A DNA stretch of 50,002 bases from Bacillota bacterium (GCA_009784665.1 WRBH01000001.1:73267-123268); one strand, 5' to 3'. Shown: positions 37,748 to 47,750, counted from the stretch's first letter. A program made the numbers and translations. The notes: a model not told the origin generated them from the sequence alone.

Positions 37748-38470
37748 TTAGCATTCTTGCAACATTTCAGAGCTAGTATTCTTGTATAGTCTGAACTTAA
37801 GTCTTAGATTATTTTCAAGATTATCAAGTGCTTTAACTGTTTCTGAATCGTAACTATTACATTTCTTTAGATTCTCTAACGACTTGAAAATTAATTCGTG
37901 TATATCTTGCGGGATTGGGTTTTCAAGTTCGATGATAAGTGCACCTTTCTCGCTTTTTGTGACGCATTTAATATCGTAGGTTGCGGGCGGAAGTAAAACC
38001 TCTTCCTCGCTGGCAAGAGTTGACCATTTATATACTTTGTTCATCATAGAACCTGCGGGAAGATAAATAATGAATTTTGCACTATCTCCGAACCACTCGC
38101 TCCTAGTGGCATCCTTCGAGGTCGAAGTGAGGCCATCCAATGCAACACTTGTTTCTTGTCCGGATTCAAGGTCTGGAAAGAACCTATTAGATGTTCCTCG
38201 ATATACCGTCATGCTTTCGCTTGAAGGTTTCATAGACTTGTTTATTTTCAAAATAGTGCTAATATCTTTTTCAAGGTCTTCTAGTGTGTAGGATATATTT
38301 ATGTTAATATCTTGTGCCCACAGGATTTTGTTGATTTGCGTATGGCGTAGTGAATTTTCTACATACTTTTTTGTGCTGCCTTGTCTCAATCTCTCTGCCT
38401 GGGATGAGAGTTTATCTGGGAGTTCCTTGAAGAACTCGCGAATGGACAAGGAAATGTCTTGGGTTTTCAT
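37748..38470 (-). CDS. ADP-ribosyltransferase (R-S-E, VIP2/C3-like)
   Basis: TVYRG, LTSTSKD, SEEEVLLP catalytic motifs in the correct order. Confidence 0.85.
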   Translation of the reverse strand: MKTQDISLSIREFFKELPDKLSSQAERLRQGSTKKYVENSLRHTQINKILWAQDININISYTLEDLEKDISTILKINKSMKPSSESMTVYRGTSNRFFPDLESGQETSVALDGLTSTSKDATRSEWFGDSAKFIIYLPAGSMMNKVYKWSTLASEEEVLLPPATYDIKCVTKSEKGALIIELENPIPQDIHELIFKSLENLKKCNSYDSETVKALDNLENNLRLKFRLYKNTSSEMLQEC

Positions 38471-38535
38471 GATTTATTCTAGCACAGGTTTTTATCACTA
38501 TTGCAAGTTTTTTTGTCATATGCTATCATGGGTGT

Positions 38536-39999
38536 ATGTCGCAAAATTTAAAACAAGCCCAACAACCCGTTAATCGTACTATGCCTCACAGCTTGGAGGC
38601 CGAGCAAGGAATCTTAGGTTGTGTTATTGTGGATAATGAAGGGACGCTGGATGCGTTTTCCAAACTGTCGGTCGAGGATTTTTATTCGCCGTCGCACAAG
38701 ACAATATATACCGCCATGCGGGAAATCTATGATAATGGCAGTCCAATAGATTTTGTGACACTTGTTGCAAAATTAGATGGGGCGGGAAAATTAGATGGAG
38801 TCGGTGGGATTTCGTATATAACAAATATAGTCGATATTGTTCCATCCAGTGCAAATTTTAGATATTATTTAGCAATTTTAGAAGAAAAACGAACAAGACG
38901 GAAATTAATTAATGCGGCAGGCCAAATTATTGAGACCAGCCATGTCGAACCTTCGGCACAAGCCGCCTTACAAATCGCGGAAAAGGAAATCTTTAATATT
39001 TCAAAAGACGACGATCGTAAAGAGCTGAGTCATATTAAATCTGTATTGCCCGAGGTTATCAACAAGTTAGATATCATACACCGCGACCCGATGGCGATTC
39101 GTGGATTGAAGACAGGTTTTTTTGGACTTGACAATATTACTAATGGATTACAAAGGAGTGATCTTATTATTCTTGCCGCTCGTCCATCCGTTGGAAAAAC
39201 GGCATTAGGTCTGAACATGTGCATGAATGCCGCATTAAAATACGGGGCGAAGGTAGCGGTGTTCAGTCTTGAAATGAGTAAAGAGCAAATGACAACCAGA
39301 GTGGTCTGCTCTGTTGCCAAGGTGTCCTTGTCCAGAGCGATGAAAGGAAATTTGGAAGCCGAGGAATGGAAGCGAATCTGGGAGGCCAATGCCCTACTGG
39401 CACAGGCCAACATTCATTTTGATGATAACTCGATGATTACTCCTGCGGAAATATTGCGAAAATGTATGAAGATTAAACGAGAATCGGGTTTGGATTTGGT
39501 TATGATTGACTATCTTGGACTAATGTCAAGTGCGAATAGTCGTCGCGAAAGTCGCCAGGTAGAGGTTGCGGATAACAGCCGTATGATGAAGATTATGGCA
39601 AAGGAGTTAGATATCCCTGTATTGCTCTTATCCCAATTGAACCGTGGGATCGAGGCAAGGCAAGGGGTCGAGGGCAAACCTCGCCTTAGTGACCTGAGAG
39701 AGTCGGGGGCAATAGAGCAGGACGCCGATATTGTAATGTTCATCCATAAAGAAAAAAATGACGAAACCGGTCGTGCGAATGATAATCATGAAGCCGAACT
39801 TTTAATCGAAAAGCACAGGAATGGTCCGTTAGGCAGCGTAAAACTTTCCTGGGTTGGCGATTGGACATCCTTTGTTAACCAGACTGGCGAACAAAAGGCC
39901 CAAGAGGTTCGTGACAAGCCAATTGCGGAACCTAAGCCGAAGCCTGCACCGAAAAAGAAATCGGATAAACCAAAAGAAGAGGGCGAAGAAGTCTTCTAG
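38536..39999 (+). CDS. dnaB: Replicative DNA helicase
   Basis: PHSLEAEQ, AARPSVGKT, LSQLNR, SDLRESGAIEQDAD, KHRNGP. Confidence 0.98.
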   Translation: MSQNLKQAQQPVNRTMPHSLEAEQGILGCVIVDNEGTLDAFSKLSVEDFYSPSHKTIYTAMREIYDNGSPIDFVTLVAKLDGAGKLDGVGGISYITNIVDIVPSSANFRYYLAILEEKRTRRKLINAAGQIIETSHVEPSAQAALQIAEKEIFNISKDDDRKELSHIKSVLPEVINKLDIIHRDPMAIRGLKTGFFGLDNITNGLQRSDLIILAARPSVGKTALGLNMCMNAALKYGAKVAVFSLEMSKEQMTTRVVCSVAKVSLSRAMKGNLEAEEWKRIWEANALLAQANIHFDDNSMITPAEILRKCMKIKRESGLDLVMIDYLGLMSSANSRRESRQVEVADNSRMMKIMAKELDIPVLLLSQLNRGIEARQGVEGKPRLSDLRESGAIEQDADIVMFIHKEKNDETGRANDNHEAELLIEKHRNGPLGSVKLSWVGDWTSFVNQTGEQKAQEVRDKPIAEPKPKPAPKKKSDKPKEEGEEVF

Positions 40000-40388
40000 T
40001 CAATGCCTTTTTCGGTGGGTTCTTTAATATATCGATTTAGGCTGCTTGGGTCGTGGACAAATCCGAGGCGCTCGTGGAAGTCTTGGGCAACATTATTGCT
40101 GTCCCAAACTTCGGCACTTATTGTTCGACCAGGGATACATTGCCCCAGAAACTCGTACATTCTTGTCCCTAGCCCTTGTTTTCTATATTTTGGATTAATC
40201 CAGATTGAAATAACTCGCATAACATCGGGATTTTCAAGTTCATCGCATAATTTCATCAAGCCAGCTAGTTCATCATTTTTAAATGCGGTGATTATATATT
40301 GGGTTTCATCGGTGATTTCATATAATAACTTATGCCCAGGATAATGTGCTTCCCAATCTTCTCTTCTTTCAAACCATGTCAGGTTCAT
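39996..40388 (-). CDS. GNAT acetyltransferase
   Basis: INPKYRKQGLGT and N..AQDFHERLGF. Confidence 0.88.
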   Translation of the reverse strand: MNLTWFERREDWEAHYPGHKLLYEITDETQYIITAFKNDELAGLMKLCDELENPDVMRVISIWINPKYRKQGLGTRMYEFLGQCIPGRTISAEVWDSNNVAQDFHERLGFVHDPSSLNRYIKEPTEKGID

Positions 40389-42005
40389 TTATTTCACCGC
40401 CTCCAGCAAGCCGATGAACAGAGGATGTGCCTTGTATGGTTTGGACAGGAGTTCTGGGTGAAACTGTGACGCTATGAAGAATGGGTGGTCGGAAAGTTCG
40501 ATAATTTCAACAAGATTTGATTCGGGGTTGATACCACTAAAGACCATGCCGTGATTCTCCAATTGCTGCTTATAGTCACAGTTGAATTCATAACGATGCC
40601 TGTGCCGTTCCGAGATTTGATTTTTACCGTACAGGTTACGGGCAAGGGTTCCCTCTTTCAAATCGCATTTGTACAGACCCAATCGCATGGTACCGCCTAG
40701 CTCGCAGATGTTTTCTTGGGACGCCATCAGGTCAATAATTGGATGAGGGGTGTCGGGGTTCATCTCGGTAGAGTTTGCCCCCGCCAAACCCACAACATTT
40801 CGAGCAAATTCAATAACCGCCATTTGCATACCCAAACATATGCCCAGTAATGGGATTTCGTTTTCCCTTGCATGTCTTAAGGTTGTGATCTTACCCTCTA
40901 TGCCTCGACCGCCGAATCCTCCTGGAATTACGATACCATCGACTCCGTCCAGCAGCTCTACTCCGACACTCTCGATATCTTCAGCACTCACTAGTTTAAT
41001 TTCAACGCGGGTATCAGTTGCCAGCGATGCCGCCCGTATGGCTTCCATAACACTTAGGTCTGCATCAGGCACGGCAACATACTTGCCAACAATGGCAATA
41101 GTTTTTGCCTGTCTTCCGTTTTTGTATTGCATTTTTTTGACCATTGCTTTCCATTCGGCCAAGTTATCTTTTGCGGCTTTTAATCCCAGCTTCTTTAGTA
41201 TAATGTCGTCAACCTTTTGGTTTTTCAGTAATACGGGGACTTCATAAATAGTGCTACAGTTTGGATTGTGGATGACTTCGTTGGTGCTGTCAAGATTACA
41301 GAACATTGCCAGCTTCTCTTTTGTTTCCTCGTCCAATTCAATCCCTGCGGAAGTTCTGCAGACAATCAAATCGGGATAAACACCAAGTCTGTTCAGATCC
41401 TTGACACTGTTTTGGGTAGGTTTTGTTTTAATCTCGCCATTAGTTGCCAGTACGGGTACAAGCGTGACATGAATTGAGACACTTCCCTTAGGGCCCAGTT
41501 CACGCTTGAATTGACGGACTGCTTCCATTGGGGTCATGCCTTCAATTTCGCCTACCGTTCCGCCTATTTCAACTATCACAATGTCGGAATCCTTAGCGGC
41601 CTTTCGGAACATAGACTTGATTTCGTCTGTTACATGCGGAACGACTTGGACATCGCGGCCCAGGAAGTCACCTTTTCTTTCCTTGGCTATGACATGGGAA
41701 TAAATCTTGCCCATGGTGAAGCTGTTGTCACTGCCCAGGTGTCGGCCTATGAACCTTTCATAGTGTCCGATATCCAGATCGGTTTCCGTTCCATCGTCGG
41801 TGACAAAAACCTCACCATGCCTGAATGGGTTCATTGTTCCTGGATCAACATTTAGGTATGGGTCCAGTTTTTGGACGCTGACGCGTAATCCTCTGTTAAT
41901 CAAAAGACGCCCAATGGACGCCGCAGTTATTCCCTTGCCCAAACCACTTACCACCCCGCCCGTTACAAAAATGTATTTGGGGAGGGGACTTGCATTTTTC
42001 GACAT
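40389..42005 (-). CDS. pyrG: CTP synthase
   Basis: TGGVVSGLGKG, KTKPTQ, GICLGMQ, RHRHRYE, QFHPE. Confidence 0.98.
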   Translation of the reverse strand: MSKNASPLPKYIFVTGGVVSGLGKGITAASIGRLLINRGLRVSVQKLDPYLNVDPGTMNPFRHGEVFVTDDGTETDLDIGHYERFIGRHLGSDNSFTMGKIYSHVIAKERKGDFLGRDVQVVPHVTDEIKSMFRKAAKDSDIVIVEIGGTVGEIEGMTPMEAVRQFKRELGPKGSVSIHVTLVPVLATNGEIKTKPTQNSVKDLNRLGVYPDLIVCRTSAGIELDEETKEKLAMFCNLDSTNEVIHNPNCSTIYEVPVLLKNQKVDDIILKKLGLKAAKDNLAEWKAMVKKMQYKNGRQAKTIAIVGKYVAVPDADLSVMEAIRAASLATDTRVEIKLVSAEDIESVGVELLDGVDGIVIPGGFGGRGIEGKITTLRHARENEIPLLGICLGMQMAVIEFARNVVGLAGANSTEMNPDTPHPIIDLMASQENICELGGTMRLGLYKCDLKEGTLARNLYGKNQISERHRHRYEFNCDYKQQLENHGMVFSGINPESNLVEIIELSDHPFFIASQFHPELLSKPYKAHPLFIGLLEAVK

Positions 42006-42026
42006 GACTATGTTATACTATATATT

Positions 42027-42704
42027 ATGGGAATAGTCAACGCAATAAATTGGTTCGCGGGTCATGCTTGGCCTTGGGTTTTGTGCCTTGTAATACTCTG
42101 GTTTTTTCTGTGGCTGATAATTCAGATTTGCAGATGCTGTAAAAAAGGCAAATGTTGTAAATGTTGCAAGTGCGACAAAGTAAAATCTGCTCCGAAGCAG
42201 AAGGAGAAACCAAAGCCAGTCGCAAAGAATGAGGTAATGCCCTTGCGTGCCGAGGCATCAAAGCCAGAGCAAATGAATAAACCTGAGTATATGAAAGAAA
42301 CTTATTCTAAAAAACTGGCTCCGCGTAAACCAAGGTTGTCGCCTACGCCAAAGGCAAAGCCAATCGTGGCGACAAAGACACCAGAGGTTTTAAGTACCAT
42401 TCCTGTCGAGGCAACAAAAACCACAACAATGACCGTCAGCAGGACAGACAGCTCTGGGACGGTAAGTGAAACCCAAACAAAGCGAGAGGTTATAACGGGC
42501 GAGATGAAGACCTCGTCAGGTGTTGGATACTATTCCGACCCAACGAAATATGAAAGAACGGGTGCAAAAGTTGTAACAACCCGCACCACAACAACAAAAG
42601 GCCAGTTCGACGAGAACGAGGTTCAAAATGCCCTGCTTGGATTGAAATCAGCAATGGACGAACAAAAGCAAATGGACCATAAATTTAGTAGTGGAAACGA
42701 TTAA
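42027..42704 (+). CDS. Single-pass membrane protein with Cys string and low-complexity tail
   Basis: TM followed by CRCCKKGKCCKCCKC, then K/P/T-rich region. Confidence 0.75.
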   Translation: MGIVNAINWFAGHAWPWVLCLVILWFFLWLIIQICRCCKKGKCCKCCKCDKVKSAPKQKEKPKPVAKNEVMPLRAEASKPEQMNKPEYMKETYSKKLAPRKPRLSPTPKAKPIVATKTPEVLSTIPVEATKTTTMTVSRTDSSGTVSETQTKREVITGEMKTSSGVGYYSDPTKYERTGAKVVTTRTTTTKGQFDENEVQNALLGLKSAMDEQKQMDHKFSSGND

Positions 42705-42722
42705 ATCCAAGTATCATATTAT

Positions 42723-44048
42723 ATGAAGCTTTTTAACACCCTGACGCGGAAGAAAGAGTATTTCAGGCCAATGGATGGCGAAATCGTCAAGATTTACAGT
42801 TGCGGGCCAACGGTCTACAGCTCCCCCACCATAGGCAACCTGCGTGCGTATATTTTCACTGATATTTTGAAAAAGAGCCTGCGTCATATCGGAGGATTTG
42901 AAATTTACGATGTTATTAATATAACGGATGTTGGGCATCTGCAATCCGACGCCGACGAGGGCGAAGATAAAATCGACGAGGCGGCACGCAAGAAAAAGAT
43001 AACCCCTGCCGATATAGCAAAACAATACACGGACGAGTTTATCAGGGACACTATCTTACTTAATATTGATGTACCCCAGATATGGGCTCCTGCCACTGAC
43101 TATGTGAAGGAAATGGTGCAGCATGTGCGACAGTTGGAGGAGAGAGGCTTTACCTATATAACAAGTGATGGGGTCTATTATGATTCATCCAAATTCGCGG
43201 ACTATTATAAATTAAGGGGTGGTAAGAGCGACGATCGTGTCGGTTCACGGGTTGATTTTGGCGAGAAACGCAACAAGAATGATTTTTGTCTATGGCGATT
43301 TGCAAAGCCAACAGCTTTGCAAAAATTTGACAGCCCCTGGGGGGCCGGAACACCGGGCTGGCATATCGAATGTTCCGCGATAGCCAGGAAATATCTTGGC
43401 GATCAGTTTGATATCCACACAGGGGGTGTTGACCATATCCCAATTCATCATACAAACGAGCGTGCACAAACCCAAGCCCTCACAAAAAAAGAGATGGCGA
43501 GATTCTGGATGCATAATGAATTTATTAAAATCAATGGTACCAAAATGTCCAAGTCTTTGGGCAACGCTTATACCCTGACAAATTTGACAGACAGGGGCTA
43601 TTCTCCCCTGCACTTTCGATATCTATGTTTGATGACACATTATAGGACAATAATGAATTTCACTTGGGAGTCTTTGGATTCGGCGAAAAAATCTTACGAG
43701 AATCTCGTCAGGCAGATAAAGAAAAATAAGGTCCCCGTTGATGCAGATGAATTCAGCTCTGCCCTTGTTGATGACTTGAACACGGCCAAGGCTATGGCGG
43801 CGTTATGGAAGGCTACGCCCGAACAGGCTCTTGAATTTGATAAGGTTTTATCCCTTGGCTTGAAAGAGGCACTAGAGGAAAAATTTATGGAAATCCCCGA
43901 AAATGTTGCTGAACTTGTGCAAATTCGTGCGGAATGCAAGAAAAATCGTGAGTTTCAAAAATCTGACCAAATCCGTGACGAGATAAAAGCTCTGGGTTAT
44001 GAGGTTCTTGATACATCCAACGGACCAATCATCCAACCCATAAGATAA
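42723..44048 (+). CDS. cysS: Cysteine--tRNA ligase
   Basis: YSCGPTVY, NITDVGH, PGWHIECS, HHTNE, KMSKSLGN. Confidence 0.97.
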   Translation: MKLFNTLTRKKEYFRPMDGEIVKIYSCGPTVYSSPTIGNLRAYIFTDILKKSLRHIGGFEIYDVINITDVGHLQSDADEGEDKIDEAARKKKITPADIAKQYTDEFIRDTILLNIDVPQIWAPATDYVKEMVQHVRQLEERGFTYITSDGVYYDSSKFADYYKLRGGKSDDRVGSRVDFGEKRNKNDFCLWRFAKPTALQKFDSPWGAGTPGWHIECSAIARKYLGDQFDIHTGGVDHIPIHHTNERAQTQALTKKEMARFWMHNEFIKINGTKMSKSLGNAYTLTNLTDRGYSPLHFRYLCLMTHYRTIMNFTWESLDSAKKSYENLVRQIKKNKVPVDADEFSSALVDDLNTAKAMAALWKATPEQALEFDKVLSLGLKEALEEKFMEIPENVAELVQIRAECKKNREFQKSDQIRDEIKALGYEVLDTSNGPIIQPIR

Positions 44049-44121
44049 AAAGATATTCACTTATATGTTGAATTTCGTCACAATGTGGTTCGTTTTAAAA
44101 AATCATAGTGTATACTGTCTC

Positions 44122-44191
44122 TGTCTTGACCCATTTCTTTGCCCGGAACACTCCAAGGCCAGGACTCCTCAAGAAATGGACACTCAGGATA
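44122..44191 (+). ncRNA. Candidate 70-nt structured RNA
   Basis: Nested stems TGTCTTGA/TCAGGATA and CCATTTCTT/AAGAAATGG; TATACT 5 nt upstream. Confidence 0.35.
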
Positions 44192-44211
44192 AAGTATGCT
44201 AGAATCAACTG

Positions 44212-45138
44212 ATGATACAAAAAAGCATTCTAGATTTGATAGGAAATACCCCAGTGGTAGAGTTGACCCGTCTTGCAAAAAAGCACAGCCTTAATGGTCG
44301 AGTTTTCGCAAAGTTGGAGTTCATGTCGCCAGGCTTCTCTAAAAAGGATAGGATAGCAAAATTTATAATTGAACAGGCCGAGGCTAGCGGCAATCTCAAG
44401 CCAGGTATGACAGTTATTGAGGCAACCAGTGGAAACACAGGGATATCTCTTGCCTTAACCTGTGCGATAAAAGGTTATCCATTTATCGCAGTGATGAGTG
44501 AAGGTAATACCCCCGAGCGCAGGTTTATGATCGAACAATTCGGCGGACGCGTCGAGTTGGTTTCTCAACATCCTGACTCCCCTCCTGGTAAAGTAACTGG
44601 CAAGGATCTGGGTCTTGTCAAGGAAAGGTTCGAGGAGTTGGCATCCGAACTCAATGCATTCAAGGTCGGTCAATTTACATCCGAACTTAACCCTCTTGCT
44701 CACTATACACATACCGCTAAGGAAATTGTCCAGGCCGTTCCCCAATTGGATGCGTTTTGTGATTTTATCGGAACAGGTGGAAGTTTCGAGGGTATAGCCA
44801 AATATTTAAAGGAGCAAAATTCCGATATAAAATGCTTCATCGTAGAGCCCACCAAGGAAACTCATATTATACAAGGGGGTGGATATTTCAAGAAGGTTCC
44901 ATTCGAGCGAGTAGAAAATTGCGACGGAAGAATAGGTATAACTTGCGAGCAAACCTTGCTCTGGCAAAAAGAAATTTTGACCGTCGAAGGAATCGCCGCA
45001 GGGATTTCCAGTGGTTCAAACATGGCTGCTGCCGTTCATTATCTAAAGGAGAATCCAGGCAAATCTGTCCTAGTCCTAATAAATGATACTGTTTTGAATT
45101 ATGTGTCATTTTATGCAAGGGGTGGCCATGCACATTAA
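44212..45138 (+). CDS. cysK: Cysteine synthase family PLP enzyme
   Basis: IGNTPVV, KLEFMSPGFSKKDR, EATSGNTG, GTGGS, GISSG; exact substrate uncertain. Confidence 0.85.
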   Translation: MIQKSILDLIGNTPVVELTRLAKKHSLNGRVFAKLEFMSPGFSKKDRIAKFIIEQAEASGNLKPGMTVIEATSGNTGISLALTCAIKGYPFIAVMSEGNTPERRFMIEQFGGRVELVSQHPDSPPGKVTGKDLGLVKERFEELASELNAFKVGQFTSELNPLAHYTHTAKEIVQAVPQLDAFCDFIGTGGSFEGIAKYLKEQNSDIKCFIVEPTKETHIIQGGGYFKKVPFERVENCDGRIGITCEQTLLWQKEILTVEGIAAGISSGSNMAAAVHYLKENPGKSVLVLINDTVLNYVSFYARGGHAH

Positions 45139-46192
45139 ATCTTTGTCTGTGCAAAATTTCAGAAATCATAATGATACGACTGTTGAACTCTCCCCTGGCG
45201 TCAATGTTTTCGTGGGGCAGAACGCGCAAGGGAAAACAAATTTACTTGAGGCAATTTTTTTGTCCTGCGTTGGCAGGGGGTGGCGTTCGCCCCGTGATCG
45301 TGATATGATAAACTTCGACGCAAATGATGCAAGGGTCAAGGCGGTTGCGGTCAAGAGTTATGGCGAAGTCGAGGTAGAGATGATTCTGTCTCGCTTGGCA
45401 AAAAAAAGCATCAATATCAATGGTATCCCTGTCCAAAAAATGGGAGAACTGATGGGGCAAATAAATTGCATATTCTTCTCTCCTGACGAACTTCGTCTTG
45501 TCAAGGAGGCTCCTGCAGACCGTAGGAGGTTCCTTGATATCGATATATCTCAAATTGACAAATCATATTTCTATTCATTGCTTCGATATAATAAAATTCT
45601 GGCACAGCGAAACTCTCTACTCAAGTCCAGTTCAGAAGACATAGGTCGGGGTCTTGATATATGGGATTCCGAGCTTGTAAGAGAAGGCGAGAAAATTGTC
45701 GCACGACGAAGAGAATTCTTGAAGGCTCTGTCTCCTGCAGTGATCGAAGTTCATAATGTCCTGACAGGAGGAATGGAGGAAGTCCGTCTTGAATACGAGA
45801 CAGCGAAATCTCCTCTTCAGGAATCTTTGCAGGCCGCCCGAGAAAAAGATATGAGGCTTAAGACAACTACCGTGGGCCCACATCGCGATGATATAAAGAT
45901 TGTACTGGACGGAAAGGACGCCAGGCTGTTTGCATCGCAAGGACAGCAACGGACGATCGCCCTTTCACTGAAGTTGGCTGAATTAAAGGTGTTCGAGCGG
46001 TTGACAGGCGAACGACCAATTTTACTTCTAGATGATGTTTTGTCGGAATTGGATGAGTCTCGCCAGGCTCGACTACTTGAAATTATTCAAGAGACTCAAG
46101 CAATCGTAACAACCACGGCAACTAAGAACCTGCCTTTAGTATTTTCTATATTTAATATAGAGGGCGGCAGTGTCAAAACGGCAGCAGTCTAA
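45128..46192 (+). CDS. recF: DNA replication/repair protein RecF
   Basis: GQNAQGKTNLLEAI, RRRFLD, GPHRDD, SQGQQR, LLLDDVLSELD. Confidence 0.97.
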   Translation: MHIKSLSVQNFRNHNDTTVELSPGVNVFVGQNAQGKTNLLEAIFLSCVGRGWRSPRDRDMINFDANDARVKAVAVKSYGEVEVEMILSRLAKKSININGIPVQKMGELMGQINCIFFSPDELRLVKEAPADRRRFLDIDISQIDKSYFYSLLRYNKILAQRNSLLKSSSEDIGRGLDIWDSELVREGEKIVARRREFLKALSPAVIEVHNVLTGGMEEVRLEYETAKSPLQESLQAAREKDMRLKTTTVGPHRDDIKIVLDGKDARLFASQGQQRTIALSLKLAELKVFERLTGERPILLLDDVLSELDESRQARLLEIIQETQAIVTTTATKNLPLVFSIFNIEGGSVKTAAV

Positions 46193-46661
46193 GGACCAGC
46201 TGATAAAACCAGCTGGCGATTACGCTTTCATCAAATAACCATTCAGGGATTCTTGCCAATGGGGGGATGTTCGCCGCCAAGCTAATTATCGCCGCCAGGG
46301 ATGCAAAGTACAGGGTGAATCGGAATAATCCAAGGAGGAGGCCAAGAATCATGTCCAGCCAGTTCAACACTCGACTCCTCTCTTTAAGTTTCGCGACAAA
46401 TCGCATCAGCAAGAATATGGCCAATCTAATTATGATGAAGATGACAATGGCGGTTATAATAATGACGACAGCCAGGCCATGATTCTCGACCCAGTCGAAC
46501 CAAGAATCAAACAAAAGGGCAAGCGGCCACGCCAATAAAACCGAGATGATTATTGATAAGAAAACTGTCACAAGCGAAAGGACGCCCCTCAGGAAGCCCT
46601 TAAACAGGCCATGAAGCACGAAAGCTATTAAAAGCAGAATGAATATTACATCTGTGAGCAC
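46173..46661 (-). CDS. CvpA family membrane protein
   Basis: GLFKGFLR, LDMILGLLLG; TTGACA-17-TATACT-6-GTG. Confidence 0.8.
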   Translation of the reverse strand: MLTDVIFILLLIAFVLHGLFKGFLRGVLSLVTVFLSIIISVLLAWPLALLFDSWFDWVENHGLAVVIIITAIVIFIIIRLAIFLLMRFVAKLKERSRVLNWLDMILGLLLGLFRFTLYFASLAAIISLAANIPPLARIPEWLFDESVIASWFYQLVLRLLPF

Positions 46662-46717
46662 TCTAAGAGTATACCCATTAAGGACACTGATGTCAAACTA
46701 TTCTGTCTAAGAAAAAA

Positions 46718-46733
46718 TGTTCCATGTGGAACA
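46718..46733. promoter_or_regulatory. parS site 1
   Basis: TGTTCCATGTGGAACA, matches the TGTTNCACGTGNAACA-type parS. Confidence 0.9.
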
Positions 46734-46755
46734 TTTCCAAGGCTTCGGGTGGTTT

Positions 46756-46771
46756 TGTTCTACATGGAACA
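46756..46771. promoter_or_regulatory. parS site 2
   Basis: TGTTCTACATGGAACA. Confidence 0.8.
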
Positions 46772-46773
46772 TT

Positions 46774-47724
46774 TTATTTCTTGAGGCGAGTGGCGATTCG
46801 TGCTAGGTCGTCATCGCTGAAATACTCTACAAGAATTCGTCCCCGTTGCGTATCGCCTTGAATGGTTATCTTGGTTCCTAGGCTTTGCGTCAGGTCTCTC
46901 TCCAGCTGTTTAAGTTCAAGGCTGCGTGCTTGGGGCGATGACCTGCCGAAGCTGAGACTTCCCTTTTGGGTGTCTCCGGTCTTCAATAGGTCTTCGAGCT
47001 GTCTTACGCTTAGGCCTTCGTCGACACATCTTCTCGCTAGGCTTAGGCATTTGTCGGAGCTAGTAATTACAGCCAAGACTTTTGCATGTCCGGCGGAGAG
47101 AGTGCCAGAGCGGATCATCTGCTGGACTGCTTGAGGCAAGTTCAAAAGACGCAGGAGGTTTGCTATAGAACTCCTGTTCTTCCCAAGGGCGACCGCAACT
47201 TTTTCTTGAGTTAAGAAGAACTCATCCATTAAGCGTTTGATTCCTTGCGCCAGGTCAATAGCGTTCAGGTCTTCTCGTTGCAGGTTCTCGATGATGGCTA
47301 TCTCCGAGATTTGGCGGGCGTTGTAGTTTTTGACAACCGCAGGGACTGTTCCTAGTCCTGCCAGCTTCGCCGCACGCCAGCGGCGCTCTCCGGCGACTAT
47401 CATGAACCTCTTGCCTGCTTGAGTCACAAGGATGGGTTGAAAGATGCCGTTTGCCTTTATACTGTCTGCCAGTTCTTGCAGTTGCTCTGGGTCAAAATCT
47501 TTTCGTGGCTGGTTGATATTGTTATCGATTTGGTCGATTTGCAGCTCCTGAATAACCAGCCCAGCCTCCACGATTTTTTTGACCTCCGCACTTGCAAGGG
47601 GTGTGGTTGCCTTCGGCTCACTTTTTACCCCGACCTTGTGTAACTCTCTGACGGGCGCGGTGTCCTCATCCTCGAAAATCGAAATCAACGCCCCCAGCCC
47701 CTTCCCTAATCCGCGTGCACTCAT
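46774..47724 (-). CDS. parB: Chromosome partitioning protein ParB/Spo0J
   Basis: GLGKGLGALI, QPRKDF, VAGERRWRAA, IENLQREDLN; GAGGAGG SD. Confidence 0.97.
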   Translation of the reverse strand: MSARGLGKGLGALISIFEDEDTAPVRELHKVGVKSEPKATTPLASAEVKKIVEAGLVIQELQIDQIDNNINQPRKDFDPEQLQELADSIKANGIFQPILVTQAGKRFMIVAGERRWRAAKLAGLGTVPAVVKNYNARQISEIAIIENLQREDLNAIDLAQGIKRLMDEFFLTQEKVAVALGKNRSSIANLLRLLNLPQAVQQMIRSGTLSAGHAKVLAVITSSDKCLSLARRCVDEGLSVRQLEDLLKTGDTQKGSLSFGRSSPQARSLELKQLERDLTQSLGTKITIQGDTQRGRILVEYFSDDDLARIATRLKK

Positions 47725-47750
47725 TCTGCCTCCTCTTAGTATGGTGTTAT

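Noticed and set aside
44049-44211. T-box or SAM riboswitch controlling cysK
   Set aside because: No T-box AAGGTGGxACC or SAM-I ATC..GAG/GGCAACC consensus and no terminator; kept only as an unassigned structured RNA candidate
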